A stretch of DNA of 64,000 nucleotides from Mucilaginibacter sp. (GTDB lineage Bacteria > Bacteroidota > Bacteroidia > Sphingobacteriales > Sphingobacteriaceae), in NCBI RefSeq assembly GCF_028288205.1, contig NZ_JAQBOD010000055.1, positions 36,434 to 100,433 of the forward strand, written 5' to 3'. Positions 39,763 to 49,655 of the stretch are shown here, piece by piece; position 1 is the stretch's first letter; the number at the start of each line of letters is the position of its first letter. A program made the translations under genes and the position numbers. The notes under the pieces were generated by a model that saw only the letters and a list, made by a program, of their open reading frames with translations, had not been told where the DNA came from and ran no database searches.

Positions 39763-40209
39763 ATGGCTGAAAAACTATCAGATTACAAGTACAAAACCCA
39801 TATCCCTATCCGCTTCTCGGATATAGACGCGGTGGGGCACGTTAACAACGCTATTTATTTAACCTATTTTGAAATTGCCCGCTTTAATTATTGGAAAGAA
39901 GCCATCGACTGGAATTTCAGTGAGAACGGTATCATCGTGGGCCGGTCGGAAGTAAATTATCTGAAGCCCATAACCTTGCATGACCACATTGCCTGCTATG
40001 TACGCGTGGTGCGTATTGGTAACAGCAGTTTTGATGTAATGCATGTACTGGTTAAGATAACTCCACATGGTGAGGAGATTTGCACCACCGGCAAAACAGT
40101 TTGTATCTGTTATGATTATTCGGCTAATAAATCCGTAAAAATACCCAGCAACGAACGCAAGCGAATGATTGAGTATGACGAGCCCAGGCTAATATTAAAT
40201 ACTAATTAA
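39763..40209 (+). CDS. acyl-CoA thioesterase (4HBT/YbgC family)
   Basis: IRFSDID.VGHVNNA.Y..YFE.AR, IGNSSF. Confidence 0.92.
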   Translation: MAEKLSDYKYKTHIPIRFSDIDAVGHVNNAIYLTYFEIARFNYWKEAIDWNFSENGIIVGRSEVNYLKPITLHDHIACYVRVVRIGNSSFDVMHVLVKITPHGEEICTTGKTVCICYDYSANKSVKIPSNERKRMIEYDEPRLILNTN

Positions 40210-40221
40210 AAGGTGATGTAG

Positions 40222-40416
40222 TGTTTCACAAAATAATGAAACAGATGAAACACTCTTTTAGGTTAACCTATTGATATTTAGTAATTTGACAAAATGAGTG
40301 AAACACTTTGAAACAGTACAAATACTTTAGGTAGATGTACCTAAATACCTTAATAAGTATTTTATGCTGTTTTTAAGATTTTTACAAAAATAGGGTGAAA
40401 CACCTGATGTGAAACA
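40222..40416. repeat. cluster of seven TGAAACA motifs
   Basis: inverted copy at 40222; direct copies at 40237, 40246, 40299, 40309, 40396, 40410. Confidence 0.75.
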
Positions 40417-40592
40417 CTTTTTTTTTACAATTTGCGACCCCGCCAAGACAATGTTATTGATATAAATTTGCATACTGTCTTTTAATGGTTATTGCTCTCT
40501 CAAGAGGAGTATCGCACAACCCGCCGCTTTTTTTTAATCTTTCGGGCACTCGTACTACAAGCAATATACACCGGGATTGAAAATCCAGATAA

Positions 40593-41288
40593 TTACTTCA
40601 CCCCTATCTCAAACACCGTATTTACCTGGAAGCTTAATTTTATTTTCTTAAAATTAATGTCCGATTCGGAAGGAATACTAACTTCATTAAGCGACATAGC
40701 TTTATACATAACCTGCCTTGGTTGCGGGTAATTACTGTTATCATTTTCGGTAATATTTAGTACGTTGCCCAGCTTTTCGCCCAGGCCATTGAGCAAATAG
40801 GTTGCTTTGGCTTTGGCCGCTAACAACGCTTTTAGCTTAAGCTCGTTTTTTAGCTGATCTATTTTTGAGTAGTTGTAGCTGTCAATATTGGTGCTTTGTA
40901 TGCCTTTAGGGTCAACCTTGCTTAGTATCTGGTTAAATTTATTCAGGTCATGAAATTTAATGCCATATTGTTTTGAAGCCAAAAAATCGGGGTTCTTTTT
41001 CTTTTGGTAAGTATTATTATAGGCCGACATATTATTTACTGTAAAATCATCTTTAGCTATACCGGCATCGCGCACAGCCGCTTCCAACTGGTTTTCTAAC
41101 TGATCTATAGTAACTTTTGTTTTCCCATTAATGTATTCCTGCAGAGAAATGGAAACATTAATAATATCGGGGGTAACTTCCTGCTCGGCAGTGCCGGTAA
41201 CTTCAATTTTGCGGCGCAGGTCAACATTTTGGGCGAATGTATTATAACTAACAATAATAATTGCGGCAAGTATAAGTAGCTTTTTCAT
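40593..41288 (-). CDS. SIMPL (DUF541) domain periplasmic protein
   Basis: signal peptide; IEVTGTAE.EVTPD, ALLAAKAKA..L...LG..LG; start moved to ATG 41288. Confidence 0.88.
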   Translation of the reverse strand: MKKLLILAAIIIVSYNTFAQNVDLRRKIEVTGTAEQEVTPDIINVSISLQEYINGKTKVTIDQLENQLEAAVRDAGIAKDDFTVNNMSAYNNTYQKKKNPDFLASKQYGIKFHDLNKFNQILSKVDPKGIQSTNIDSYNYSKIDQLKNELKLKALLAAKAKATYLLNGLGEKLGNVLNITENDNSNYPQPRQVMYKAMSLNEVSIPSESDINFKKIKLSFQVNTVFEIGVK

Positions 41289-41415
41289 AAATATATTTTT
41301 GTAGATATAGAACAAAGAAACGGGTTATAGTTTAATCATTTGTAATTATTATGATATGCCGGGCTATAAATGGAGTTAAAGTTTGACTGTACTTATTTTT
41401 ATTTTAAATTACAAC

Positions 41416-42561
41416 ATGAAAAAACTGATCCTGATCCTGCTGCTACCTTTAGCATTAAGTACAAAAGCGCAACTGCTTGTTGATACCCATAACGATGCCA
41501 TATCAAACCAATTAATTACCGGCGCCGACCTTGGTAAATTACAGCCAATTGGTAATTTTGACCTGGTACGTGCCAAACAAGGCGGGTTAAACGCGCAGAT
41601 ATTTTCTATATGGTGCAGCGGGCAGTATAGTAAGGGTACAGCTTACGCAATGGCTAACCGCGAGATAGATTCGTTATACTCATTAATTAATCGGCACCCG
41701 GATATGATAGCCATGGTTACTACGCCTAAACAACTAACCAAAGCGGTTAAGCAAAATAAGTTGGCCGCATTAATTGGTGTGGAAGGCGGCCACATGATTG
41801 AGGATAGTATAGGTTATGTTGACCTGTTGACCAAACGTGGCATGGCTTACCTAACGCTAACCTGGAATAACAGCACCAGTTGGGCAACATCAGCAGCTGA
41901 TGAAACTACTAAGGGAGATTCTTTAAAACACAAAGGACTTACTGATTATGGCAAACAGATAGTACATCACTTAAATGATCTGGGTGTTATGGTGGATGTA
42001 TCGCATGTAGGCGAGCAAACCTTTTATGATGTAATAGCTACCAGTACAAAACCGGTTATCGCATCGCATAGCTGCGCGTGGACACTTAATAAAAACCGCC
42101 GTAATATGAAAGACGCGCAATTACAGGCGCTTGCAAAAAATGACGGTGTAATATTTGTTAACTTTTATAGCGGTTTTGTTGACAGTACCTATGCGCAAAA
42201 AGAAGGTACTTTTATAAGGGCACACCGCCCGGAACTTGACTCGCTTATAAAAATTTATAAAGATAGGGATCTGGCTACCGAAAGATTAAGCGCGATACAT
42301 AAAGCAGAATCGGACATGGTGCGCCCGCCATTAAGCATGCTCATTAAACATATTGATTATATAGCCAAACTTATTGGGGTTGAGCATGTAGGCATAGGAT
42401 CAGATTTTGATGGTTCAGAATCATTTCCGCAGGAAATGGATAGCGTTGCTGATTATCCCAAAATAAAAACCGAACTATTAAAGCTTGGCTACAGTAAGAA
42501 AGATGTTGCCAAAATATTTGGTGGTAATTTTATACGGGTGTTTAAGGCTAATAAGAGGTAG
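41416..42561 (+). CDS. membrane dipeptidase (peptidase M19)
   Basis: DTHND, GVEG, TLTWN, VDVSH, IASHS, GIGSDFDG, GGNF.RVF; start moved to ATG 41416. Confidence 0.93.
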   Translation: MKKLILILLLPLALSTKAQLLVDTHNDAISNQLITGADLGKLQPIGNFDLVRAKQGGLNAQIFSIWCSGQYSKGTAYAMANREIDSLYSLINRHPDMIAMVTTPKQLTKAVKQNKLAALIGVEGGHMIEDSIGYVDLLTKRGMAYLTLTWNNSTSWATSAADETTKGDSLKHKGLTDYGKQIVHHLNDLGVMVDVSHVGEQTFYDVIATSTKPVIASHSCAWTLNKNRRNMKDAQLQALAKNDGVIFVNFYSGFVDSTYAQKEGTFIRAHRPELDSLIKIYKDRDLATERLSAIHKAESDMVRPPLSMLIKHIDYIAKLIGVEHVGIGSDFDGSESFPQEMDSVADYPKIKTELLKLGYSKKDVAKIFGGNFIRVFKANKR

Positions 42562-42604
42562 TATTAAGAGCTAAATGATTGGTGTCAGAGTGCCAGCCGC
42601 AATT

Positions 42605-43303
42605 TCAAGTCATTAAAGTCAGCCTAACCAAATACTGCCCAAACTCATCTTCCAATAGCACTTCCATGCTAAAACCGGTTTCGGCAGCAATTTGCTGCAA
42701 GGTATGCTCATCAATATAAAGCCAGTTAAACCATTCTGTTTTTAGTTTTTTATAGCTGTATTGATATTGTATCTCGCCATAATAGCCTTGCATGGGCAGC
42801 TTGCCTTCGTACAGGTAAGCAATATCTGATGAATCGAATAATATTTGTCCGCCTTTAGTTAACAAGGTTTTTAAATGGGTAAGCAATTGTTTTAATTGTT
42901 GAAGTGTACCTGCCAAACCAATACCATTCATCATAAATAACAGGGTATCAAATTTCTCTGCATTATAATTAAATATATCAGCCTCAACTGCTTTTTTCAC
43001 ACCCCGCTCCTTCATTAGCTGCACACACAACAGCGAAATATCTATCGCTGTAATATCCAATCCCTGTTCTTGTAAAAGCAGCACATGGCTGCCTGCTCCC
43101 GCACCAATATCCAATACCTTCCCCCGGCATTGTTCCATGGCCATATATTCAATATCGGGCATATCGTTCTCTTCCCTAAAATAAGTAGCTATAGGCATTT
43201 CTTCGGGCGGCCCGTATTTATTATTGATCCAAAGTTTACTTTTAGATAAATTGTGGTAATGATCAAGTAGGGCCCGGCCTAAAATGTCGTTCATTTTGTT
43301 CAT
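42605..43303 (-). CDS. class I SAM-dependent methyltransferase
   Basis: VLDIGAGAG, FDTLL.MMNGIG. Confidence 0.9.
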   Translation of the reverse strand: MNKMNDILGRALLDHYHNLSKSKLWINNKYGPPEEMPIATYFREENDMPDIEYMAMEQCRGKVLDIGAGAGSHVLLLQEQGLDITAIDISLLCVQLMKERGVKKAVEADIFNYNAEKFDTLLFMMNGIGLAGTLQQLKQLLTHLKTLLTKGGQILFDSSDIAYLYEGKLPMQGYYGEIQYQYSYKKLKTEWFNWLYIDEHTLQQIAAETGFSMEVLLEDEFGQYLVRLTLMT

Positions 43304-43495
43304 TTTTATTAAACGTGCTTACATTCGCCTGTAAACTTATACTTTTATAACAAAACATAACAACTACATTTATTGTTACGTATAAACACCTGATACCCCC
43401 CTTTTTTAATTTCAAACTGTATTAAACTAAATATTTCGTTACAATTGCCGAAGAATTATTTGTTTTGATAATTTTGCCTACATCTTTCTTAACCT

Positions 43496-44005
43496 ATGAG
43501 AAACCTAACCTACCTATCACTAATATTATTTTTCGCATGCGCTTTATTTTCATGTAAAAAAAGCGAAATAATTGGCGGAAAATCACACGCTGCGTTAATA
43601 ACCGGCAAGTGGCTGGCTTACCAGCAGCACACTATGATATATGATTTGAACACCGCCGATCTTGTAAAAGACACTACCATGTTGTTTAGCTCCACAAATC
43701 CGAAGGCATGGTATGAAATATTTAATAACGATGGTTCTGCCTACATAACTACTATCCCGCATAAAGTAGCAGGTTCATCGGTTTATGGTACTGATACAAC
43801 CTCCTATTTGCATTACACAATTTTAGGTTCGGTATTAACCATTAAACAAAATGGTGGCGGAAGCGAAACTAAGCCTATCATCCGGTTAACCGATATGGAC
43901 CTCGGGCTGGAAACCATATTTCAAAGCAATCCACAACCCGGCTGGGGGCTTGATGTAAATACTTCTTACAAATACATAGTAGATACTTACTACAGCAGGC
44001 AATAA
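43496..44005 (+). CDS. hypothetical lipoprotein (lipocalin-like)
   Basis: lipobox LFSC-KK, LITGKW. Confidence 0.7.
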   Translation: MRNLTYLSLILFFACALFSCKKSEIIGGKSHAALITGKWLAYQQHTMIYDLNTADLVKDTTMLFSSTNPKAWYEIFNNDGSAYITTIPHKVAGSSVYGTDTTSYLHYTILGSVLTIKQNGGGSETKPIIRLTDMDLGLETIFQSNPQPGWGLDVNTSYKYIVDTYYSRQ

Positions 44006-44008
44006 CAG

Positions 44009-45355
44009 CTATTTGATCTTACCATTTTCTAATGTAACAGGCTTGCTCTTCTCACTCGCCAAATAAGACCAGTTTACGGTACTTACCTGGTAGGTATGAG
44101 TTACTTTATCATCAACTTTATTATCGGTAAAAGTTAATTCGGGTGCCGGTATTGGAGCCGGTTGATCGCCATCGTTCCATCGCTGGTAACCGGTTAGTTT
44201 ACTAAATGTGGTTTTGGTTCTATAAGTTAACGTCGTCAGCTCAACCCCATCACGATAAATAATAAAAGTTTTAATGCCGCTTTCCAGGTCGGGCGAGGCA
44301 TGCCATTTTAACATTAAATTAGTACCCCAAAAATTTGCAACCAGATCATGCGGCGCAGGCGGCGGTGTTTTATCGGTTACATTGCCGGTTGCCATATATT
44401 CTACCCATTTCTCTGCAAGTTCTTTATCAGGGAACCAGCAGGCAGCCAGTTTATCGCCTTTAAAAGACGCGGCCGGGGCAACGGTTCTTTTAGCTGTATC
44501 GCCAAGCCAGGCATTGGTAACATCCATATCGCGCAGATTAGCATTGCCAGCTTTTGCAGGGAGCCGCATTGCCAAACAAGCATCTATCCAGGGGATAGCC
44601 AAAAAACGCATATCATGCACCTGGTGCCCATCCATTGCCGACTCTACTACCGGGTTGACTGCATGTGCCCACAATGCTCCTTTTTTACGCCCGTTAGCAA
44701 ATAAGGTGGCGTTATTATAACAAAGATCCTGTATACCGTTATGGTGCAATATTGGCACTTTTAATGCAGCCGGAACATCAGCTATATCTACCCCACAGGC
44801 TTGGGCTACGGTTACAGCAACCCTTTCCGGATGCTTACCCGTCATGGAAGTTACCCAAATTGACCCGCCCGAATGCCCCCATAGCGCCCACGGAACCGTT
44901 TTAATTTCGGGGTGATTAGCTTTTATTGCCAGTTTATCCAACATCTCCAGGAAAGCTTCGTTTGTACCATTATCCGGATTGTACCAATTGATACATGTTT
45001 TCGCATTACCTGCCCCGGTAATAAACTTTGGCGCCAGTAATACAGCATGCCATTTTTTGGCAAGTTCTTTCCATTGCTCATCAAACATCATTTGCCAGGC
45101 ATCACCTTCGCGGGTACAGCCATGCAGGTGTACAATTACTGTGCGTATCGTCCCTACGTCGCCGGGTATGTAAGCATAACAGGTGGCATTATCAATCATT
45201 ATTCCTTTTTTGGCTATGGCGAATTGGTAAATAGTGCCATCTTCATTCCCATCGGCTTTAAATTGCTTTGCAAAAATAAAAGAAACTAATGCCAGGCACA
45301 GGCATACTGTAACTGATACAACAATATACTTTAAGTAAGTTTTACGTGTTTTCAT
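44009..45355 (-). CDS. secreted alpha/beta-hydrolase-fold protein with C-terminal FN3-like domain
   Basis: signal peptide; HLHGC, WGHSGG nucleophile elbow, G..D, GH; DKTPP.AP..L, L.W, Y.V..VN. Confidence 0.7.
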   Translation of the reverse strand: MKTRKTYLKYIVVSVTVCLCLALVSFIFAKQFKADGNEDGTIYQFAIAKKGIMIDNATCYAYIPGDVGTIRTVIVHLHGCTREGDAWQMMFDEQWKELAKKWHAVLLAPKFITGAGNAKTCINWYNPDNGTNEAFLEMLDKLAIKANHPEIKTVPWALWGHSGGSIWVTSMTGKHPERVAVTVAQACGVDIADVPAALKVPILHHNGIQDLCYNNATLFANGRKKGALWAHAVNPVVESAMDGHQVHDMRFLAIPWIDACLAMRLPAKAGNANLRDMDVTNAWLGDTAKRTVAPAASFKGDKLAACWFPDKELAEKWVEYMATGNVTDKTPPPAPHDLVANFWGTNLMLKWHASPDLESGIKTFIIYRDGVELTTLTYRTKTTFSKLTGYQRWNDGDQPAPIPAPELTFTDNKVDDKVTHTYQVSTVNWSYLASEKSKPVTLENGKIK

Positions 45356-45434
45356 TTCCCGTGGGATTTAAAGCTGGTTAGCAATTGGTTGGATTAAATT
45401 TACAATAAATTCTTATCTGAACCATGATTTTTGG

Positions 45435-45973
45435 TAGTGTCTCAGTTTGAAATTTAATTTTCACTTGTAATCTCACCCCCATATCGTATTGCCGCTTCAA
45501 GTATATCAATGTTTATATCTTTTAGCGTTTTGAACCTAATGCAATAACCAGTCACACTCGCCTTGCCTATGTTTTTTCCATACGTTTGGGCTAAGTATGT
45601 CTTATCATTGATACCAAGGATATAGACAGAGATTCCGGTTTTGTTTGCGCTCAAACCAATTTGAAAAAAATCCCTGGTCTTTCCATCAGCATATTTTATG
45701 GTGTAAAATCCATAGCCTATAGTAGGGTTACTAACAGTTTTATTTTCGCTGTTTTTACCATTGTCGAACCATAATTTACAACCTGGTAAAACTTGAAGTG
45801 TGAGCTGGTGCAACTGTTGCATATCACTACGCTTTGATTCAGGTTGGCTAGTAATATAGTTTTTGATTTGTTCTTGTACGTTCATATAAAATATAAAATT
45901 ACGGGTCGTTTACTCTGCCTTTTCAAATCTCGCTTTATTTTTAGTTATACACTAATTTCAAACTGAGACACTA
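45435..45973. mobile_element. non-autonomous cassette with perfect 20-bp terminal inverted repeats and one passenger gene
   Basis: TAGTGTCTCAGTTTGAAATT (45435-45454) and AATTTCAAACTGAGACACTA (45954-45973); no transposase. Confidence 0.75.
45454..45885 (-). CDS. DUF1801/YdhG-like protein
   Basis: I..YI, IGYG...KYADG, GLSANK..ISVYI, GK....GYCIRFK.L.DI. Confidence 0.8.
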   Translation of the reverse strand: MNVQEQIKNYITSQPESKRSDMQQLHQLTLQVLPGCKLWFDNGKNSENKTVSNPTIGYGFYTIKYADGKTRDFFQIGLSANKTGISVYILGINDKTYLAQTYGKNIGKASVTGYCIRFKTLKDINIDILEAAIRYGGEITSEN

Positions 45974-46051
45974 TCTGATTTTTAGGATTAAAGAATTTTA
46001 GGTTTTTTTATAATTAATCAGAACAATCTTAAAAATCATGGTTAGACACAC

Positions 46052-46082
46052 AAAAAAGCCGGCAGAATCGCTTCAACCGGCC
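46052..46082 (-). terminator. intrinsic terminator of hydrolase operon
   Basis: GGCCGG...CCGGC followed by T6 on minus strand. Confidence 0.75.
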
Positions 46083-46102
46083 TGCTATAATTAATTGTGA
46101 TG

Positions 46103-47362
46103 TTATGCTTCTACCAATTCTTCATACGGGGTGCCTACCGTCATAGGGTCCTTATGGAACTTGCCATCTTTCATGATGCCATGCAGTCTCTTTTTGTCCT
46201 GCAATATTTTGATGTCTTTAAGCGGATCCCCATCAACCAGTAACAGATCGGCCAGGTAGCCTTCTTTAACTTTACCCAGGTCGTTTGGCATATTCATTAT
46301 TTCGCCGCCCCATACGGTGGCCGCACGAATGGTGTCCATAGTACTCCAGCCTAAACGCTCAACAAATATTTGCAGGTCTTTTGCATAAGTGCCGTGCGGT
46401 GTCCATAGGAAACCATAATCGCCGCCCGGAAGTATTTTTATACCTCTCTTGTGCATTTCGGTAAGGCCCCTTACGGCATTTTCTAACTCTCTTTTGTAAC
46501 CTACCTTTTCTGCAAGCTCGCTCGAGTAGCCAAACTGACCGGCATCTTCTAAAGTCGCGGTTATCCAGTTTAGGCCAGGTGCTACAAATACAGTATCTTT
46601 TTTAGCTTCCAGCATATCCATACCTTCGTCGTCAATATAGCTTGCATGATAAATAACATCAACGCCATTACGCAGGCACATTTTTATACTTTCGGCGCTA
46701 CGCGCGTGGGCAGATACCCTTACACCGCACCTGTGTGCTTCTTTAACAACCACAGCTACTTCATCATCATCAAAAAATGTTTGTTGTGCCCAAACGCGGG
46801 TGGTAATTTCTTCGCCGCTTAATATTAGTTTGATCATGTCAACGCCGCTGCCAATAATTTCACGGGCAACTTTTCGTACCTGGTCAACGCCATCAACTAC
46901 GTTTGATGCTTTTGGCAGTAATAAGCCATTTGAGGTAGCAAGTTCCATAGCATTAGCCAGGTAACGGGGACCGGGAAAACGCCCGGCATTTATAGCATCG
47001 CGAATAACAATATCCAGCCTGTTTTTTGCCGATGCAGCGCCAACACACATGGTATAACCGGCATCAATATACATCTTAGCCGATTCGACGCATACCAGCA
47101 TATGCTCTTCTACCGGCATATTTTGTACAAAGTCTAAATCGCCGCTGTTCCAGCTTAAGTGGGTGTGCGCATCGCATAGGGTAGACATCAGCGTGCGGCC
47201 GTTGCCTTCTATTACTCTGGTATCACCATCACCTAAAATGCCGCCACCTTCGGCAACTTTTTTAATACGGTTACCTTCAACCAGCACATCGCCGTTAAAG
47301 GTACGCTCGTTATCGCAATCAATAACGTTTACGTTTTTAAATAAAATTGAATTCCCTTTCAT
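46103..47362 (-). CDS. metal-dependent amidohydrolase
   Basis: DAHTH, IKL, AHA, IYHA, GGDYG, G.V.EG..ADLLLVDGDPL. Confidence 0.9.
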   Translation of the reverse strand: MKGNSILFKNVNVIDCDNERTFNGDVLVEGNRIKKVAEGGGILGDGDTRVIEGNGRTLMSTLCDAHTHLSWNSGDLDFVQNMPVEEHMLVCVESAKMYIDAGYTMCVGAASAKNRLDIVIRDAINAGRFPGPRYLANAMELATSNGLLLPKASNVVDGVDQVRKVAREIIGSGVDMIKLILSGEEITTRVWAQQTFFDDDEVAVVVKEAHRCGVRVSAHARSAESIKMCLRNGVDVIYHASYIDDEGMDMLEAKKDTVFVAPGLNWITATLEDAGQFGYSSELAEKVGYKRELENAVRGLTEMHKRGIKILPGGDYGFLWTPHGTYAKDLQIFVERLGWSTMDTIRAATVWGGEIMNMPNDLGKVKEGYLADLLLVDGDPLKDIKILQDKKRLHGIMKDGKFHKDPMTVGTPYEELVEA

Positions 47363-47507
47363 AATTATACATTTTAATTGGTTTGTTGCGTGTATTTGGG
47401 TTACACTATAATTGGTTTACTGTGTTGTATACGTAGGAAATATTAAGAAAGAAATAAAGAACGACAGGCAGCCATAACATGGGCTGTAAACAAAAAATTC
47501 TATACTA

Positions 47508-48281
47508 CTAAGCAGTATAGAATTTTTTAATCAATGCTAAAACCTCGTTTGGCTTTTCGCTTATTGTCCAGTGGCCGCAACCGCTTAACAACTCGTATTG
47601 TGAGCCGCTTATGGCTGCATGCAACTTCTCAACATTTGCAGGCGGAGCGGTTTTATCTTCATCACCGGTTATCAGTAATGTTTTACAGGTAATTTTTTCA
47701 GGATCGGCTTTAACGCTTTCTGATAAAGCGATACAGCTTTGTGCATAACCTTCGGCATTTTGACGCATTAATGATTCGCGTACATAACCTACCACTACCC
47801 CTCTGGTAGTCTTGGTTTCTTCTGATAAGCCACCTACTGATATGGCGTCAGCAACCGGGGTCATACCTTTTTCACGTACCAACGCGGCACGGTCTTTTAA
47901 AGCAGGGCGCGCAGGCTCAGGTGCTTCGGCTAACGGGCCCAGCAATACAAGGTCCGTAACTCTGCCGGGTTGTGATGCAGCCATGTGCTGACAAACTATG
48001 GTACCCATAGAGTGACCAATAACTTTAGCTTTATCAATACCTAATTCATCTAAAACAGCAAACATATACTCAGCCAGTTCAGGAATAGAAATTCCCTCGG
48101 CATTGTCTGATCGTCCTGCGCTTGGCAGATCGGGAGCTATCAGTTTATATTGTTTACCAAATTCAATTGTGGCAGGCGCCCAAAAATTTGATGTGCCGCC
48201 TAAACCGTGAACCAGGATAATAGCTTCGCCTTCGCCGGTTACATCTACTGCAATTGTTTTGCCTTTAATAGTTAGAAACAT
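47508..48281 (-). CDS. alpha/beta hydrolase (PcaD/enol-lactonase-like)
   Basis: VHGLGG, GHSMG, G.ED, GH triad. Confidence 0.88.
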   Translation of the reverse strand: MFLTIKGKTIAVDVTGEGEAIILVHGLGGTSNFWAPATIEFGKQYKLIAPDLPSAGRSDNAEGISIPELAEYMFAVLDELGIDKAKVIGHSMGTIVCQHMAASQPGRVTDLVLLGPLAEAPEPARPALKDRAALVREKGMTPVADAISVGGLSEETKTTRGVVVGYVRESLMRQNAEGYAQSCIALSESVKADPEKITCKTLLITGDEDKTAPPANVEKLHAAISGSQYELLSGCGHWTISEKPNEVLALIKKFYTA

Positions 48282-48305
48282 GTTTTTAATTGTTATGGTT
48301 AATTT

Positions 48306-49172
48306 TTATGTGATTGTATTTTCAATATATCCTATTCCTGATATAGCTATTTTCATTACATCGCCTTTTTTCAGGAATTTGGGCGGGTTAAAACCTATCC
48401 CTACTCCTGCGGGTGTACCGGTTGCTATAATATCGCCCGGCGACAAGGTCATACTTGCCGATATAGCGGCAATAATGGTTGGTATATCAAATATCAGGTC
48501 GCTGGTATTGGCTCTTTGACGCTCTTCGCCATTTATTATGCCGGTTATCTCCATATTGGTTGGGTCAACCTCATCTGCCGATACGATCCATGGACCCATA
48601 GGGCAAAAGGTATCAATAGATTTACCCAGGAACCATTGTTTATGGGCCGATTGGGTATCACGTGCGGTAACATCATTAATAACAGTATAACCAAAAACAT
48701 GGTCGTAGGCGTTTTCTTTGCTGATGGTACGACCGCCCTTACCAATAATAACGCCCAGCTCAGACTCATAATCAATTTTTTCTGATAACGTCCACGGAAC
48801 TACAACATCATCATAGGGCCCGTTAAGTGAGCTTGGGGCCTTGGTGAAAATGATAGGAAGATCAGGGATAACATCTGTTTTGTTAGAGTCGAACCCGCTG
48901 CCGGCAAATTCTTTGGCGTGTGCATGATAGTTTTTACCTACACAAATAATATTTTTATTGGGTTGGGATATGGGCGATAAAAGGTGAACATCATTTATAG
49001 CAAATGTCTCACCTGTATATTCGGGAGATGTTCCGTTAGATAGTCCCTCTATTACGGCTATCATAGGGTCAATAGTGTTGCCGGGCGATTGGATAACTTT
49101 TATAACAGCGTTATCCACGTCAACAACACCCAGCTTTACAGCTTGGTTAACTTTAAACTTGGCTAATTTCAT
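48306..49172 (-). CDS. fumarylacetoacetate hydrolase family protein
   Basis: ICVGKNY..H, IFTK, DYESEL, NDVTARD, GKS.DTF.P.GP, GDIIATGTP.GVG. Confidence 0.95.
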   Translation of the reverse strand: MKLAKFKVNQAVKLGVVDVDNAVIKVIQSPGNTIDPMIAVIEGLSNGTSPEYTGETFAINDVHLLSPISQPNKNIICVGKNYHAHAKEFAGSGFDSNKTDVIPDLPIIFTKAPSSLNGPYDDVVVPWTLSEKIDYESELGVIIGKGGRTISKENAYDHVFGYTVINDVTARDTQSAHKQWFLGKSIDTFCPMGPWIVSADEVDPTNMEITGIINGEERQRANTSDLIFDIPTIIAAISASMTLSPGDIIATGTPAGVGIGFNPPKFLKKGDVMKIAISGIGYIENTIT

Positions 49173-49334
49173 TAAGAGGTTTATAATTATCTATAAATTA
49201 ATTGGTTATTTTACAATTAACCAAATAATTTTTGTCGAAAAGAGCTTTCTCAATCGATGTAGTAGTTGGTTTTTCACCGGCAATAAGGTAAAAACTGCCT
49301 GTTTATACAGTAAAAAGATAGATTTTAAAGACAA

Positions 49335-49348
49335 TGAAATCGATTGTA
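49335..49348. promoter_or_regulatory. LacI-type operator-like palindrome
   Basis: TGAAATCGATTGTA; weaker copy CAATCGATG at 49251-49259. Confidence 0.4.
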
Positions 49349-49369
49349 ATAATTATGTTGCTAACTGTA

Positions 49370-49568
49370 TTACCTGTTACGTTTCATTACACGCACCAGC
49401 TGCCTATGTCTTTTAACGGCATAATAATCATTGGTTACTAATATGGCATGTATAACGCCGGGGATCCAAAAAAACAGCGTCAGGAAAATACTTAGGATAA
49501 AAGCCCCCTATCCTGCCCGTAGTGAATATAGCAAGCGGGGGTAATAAAAAGCAAAGGAAATAGCGCAT
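49370..49568 (-). pseudogene. frameshifted YqaE/Pmp3-family membrane proteolipid
   Basis: removing one G from G5 (plus-strand C5, 49504-49508) gives MRYFLCFLLPPLAIFTTGRIGAFILSIFLTLFFWIPGVIHAILVTNDYYAVKRHRQLVRVMKRNR*. Confidence 0.8.
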
Positions 49569-49655
49569 AATATAAAATACAATGTTAACTTATGTTAGAC
49601 CTTGCTTAATATATATAGTTACAGTACATTTAATTTGTAAGTGATGGCTGCCCAA

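Larger units (their letters stand above)
45416..46047. repeat. REP-like element interrupted by TIR cassette
   Basis: TCTGAACCATGATTTTT ... AAAAATCATGGTTAGAC; intact relative at 50407-50489. Confidence 0.7.

Noticed and set aside
46052..46086. Similarity between this terminator and the one at 19336-19365 (AGCAGGCCGG..GATTC)
   Set aside because: Short GC-rich match expected among terminators; no shared flanks.
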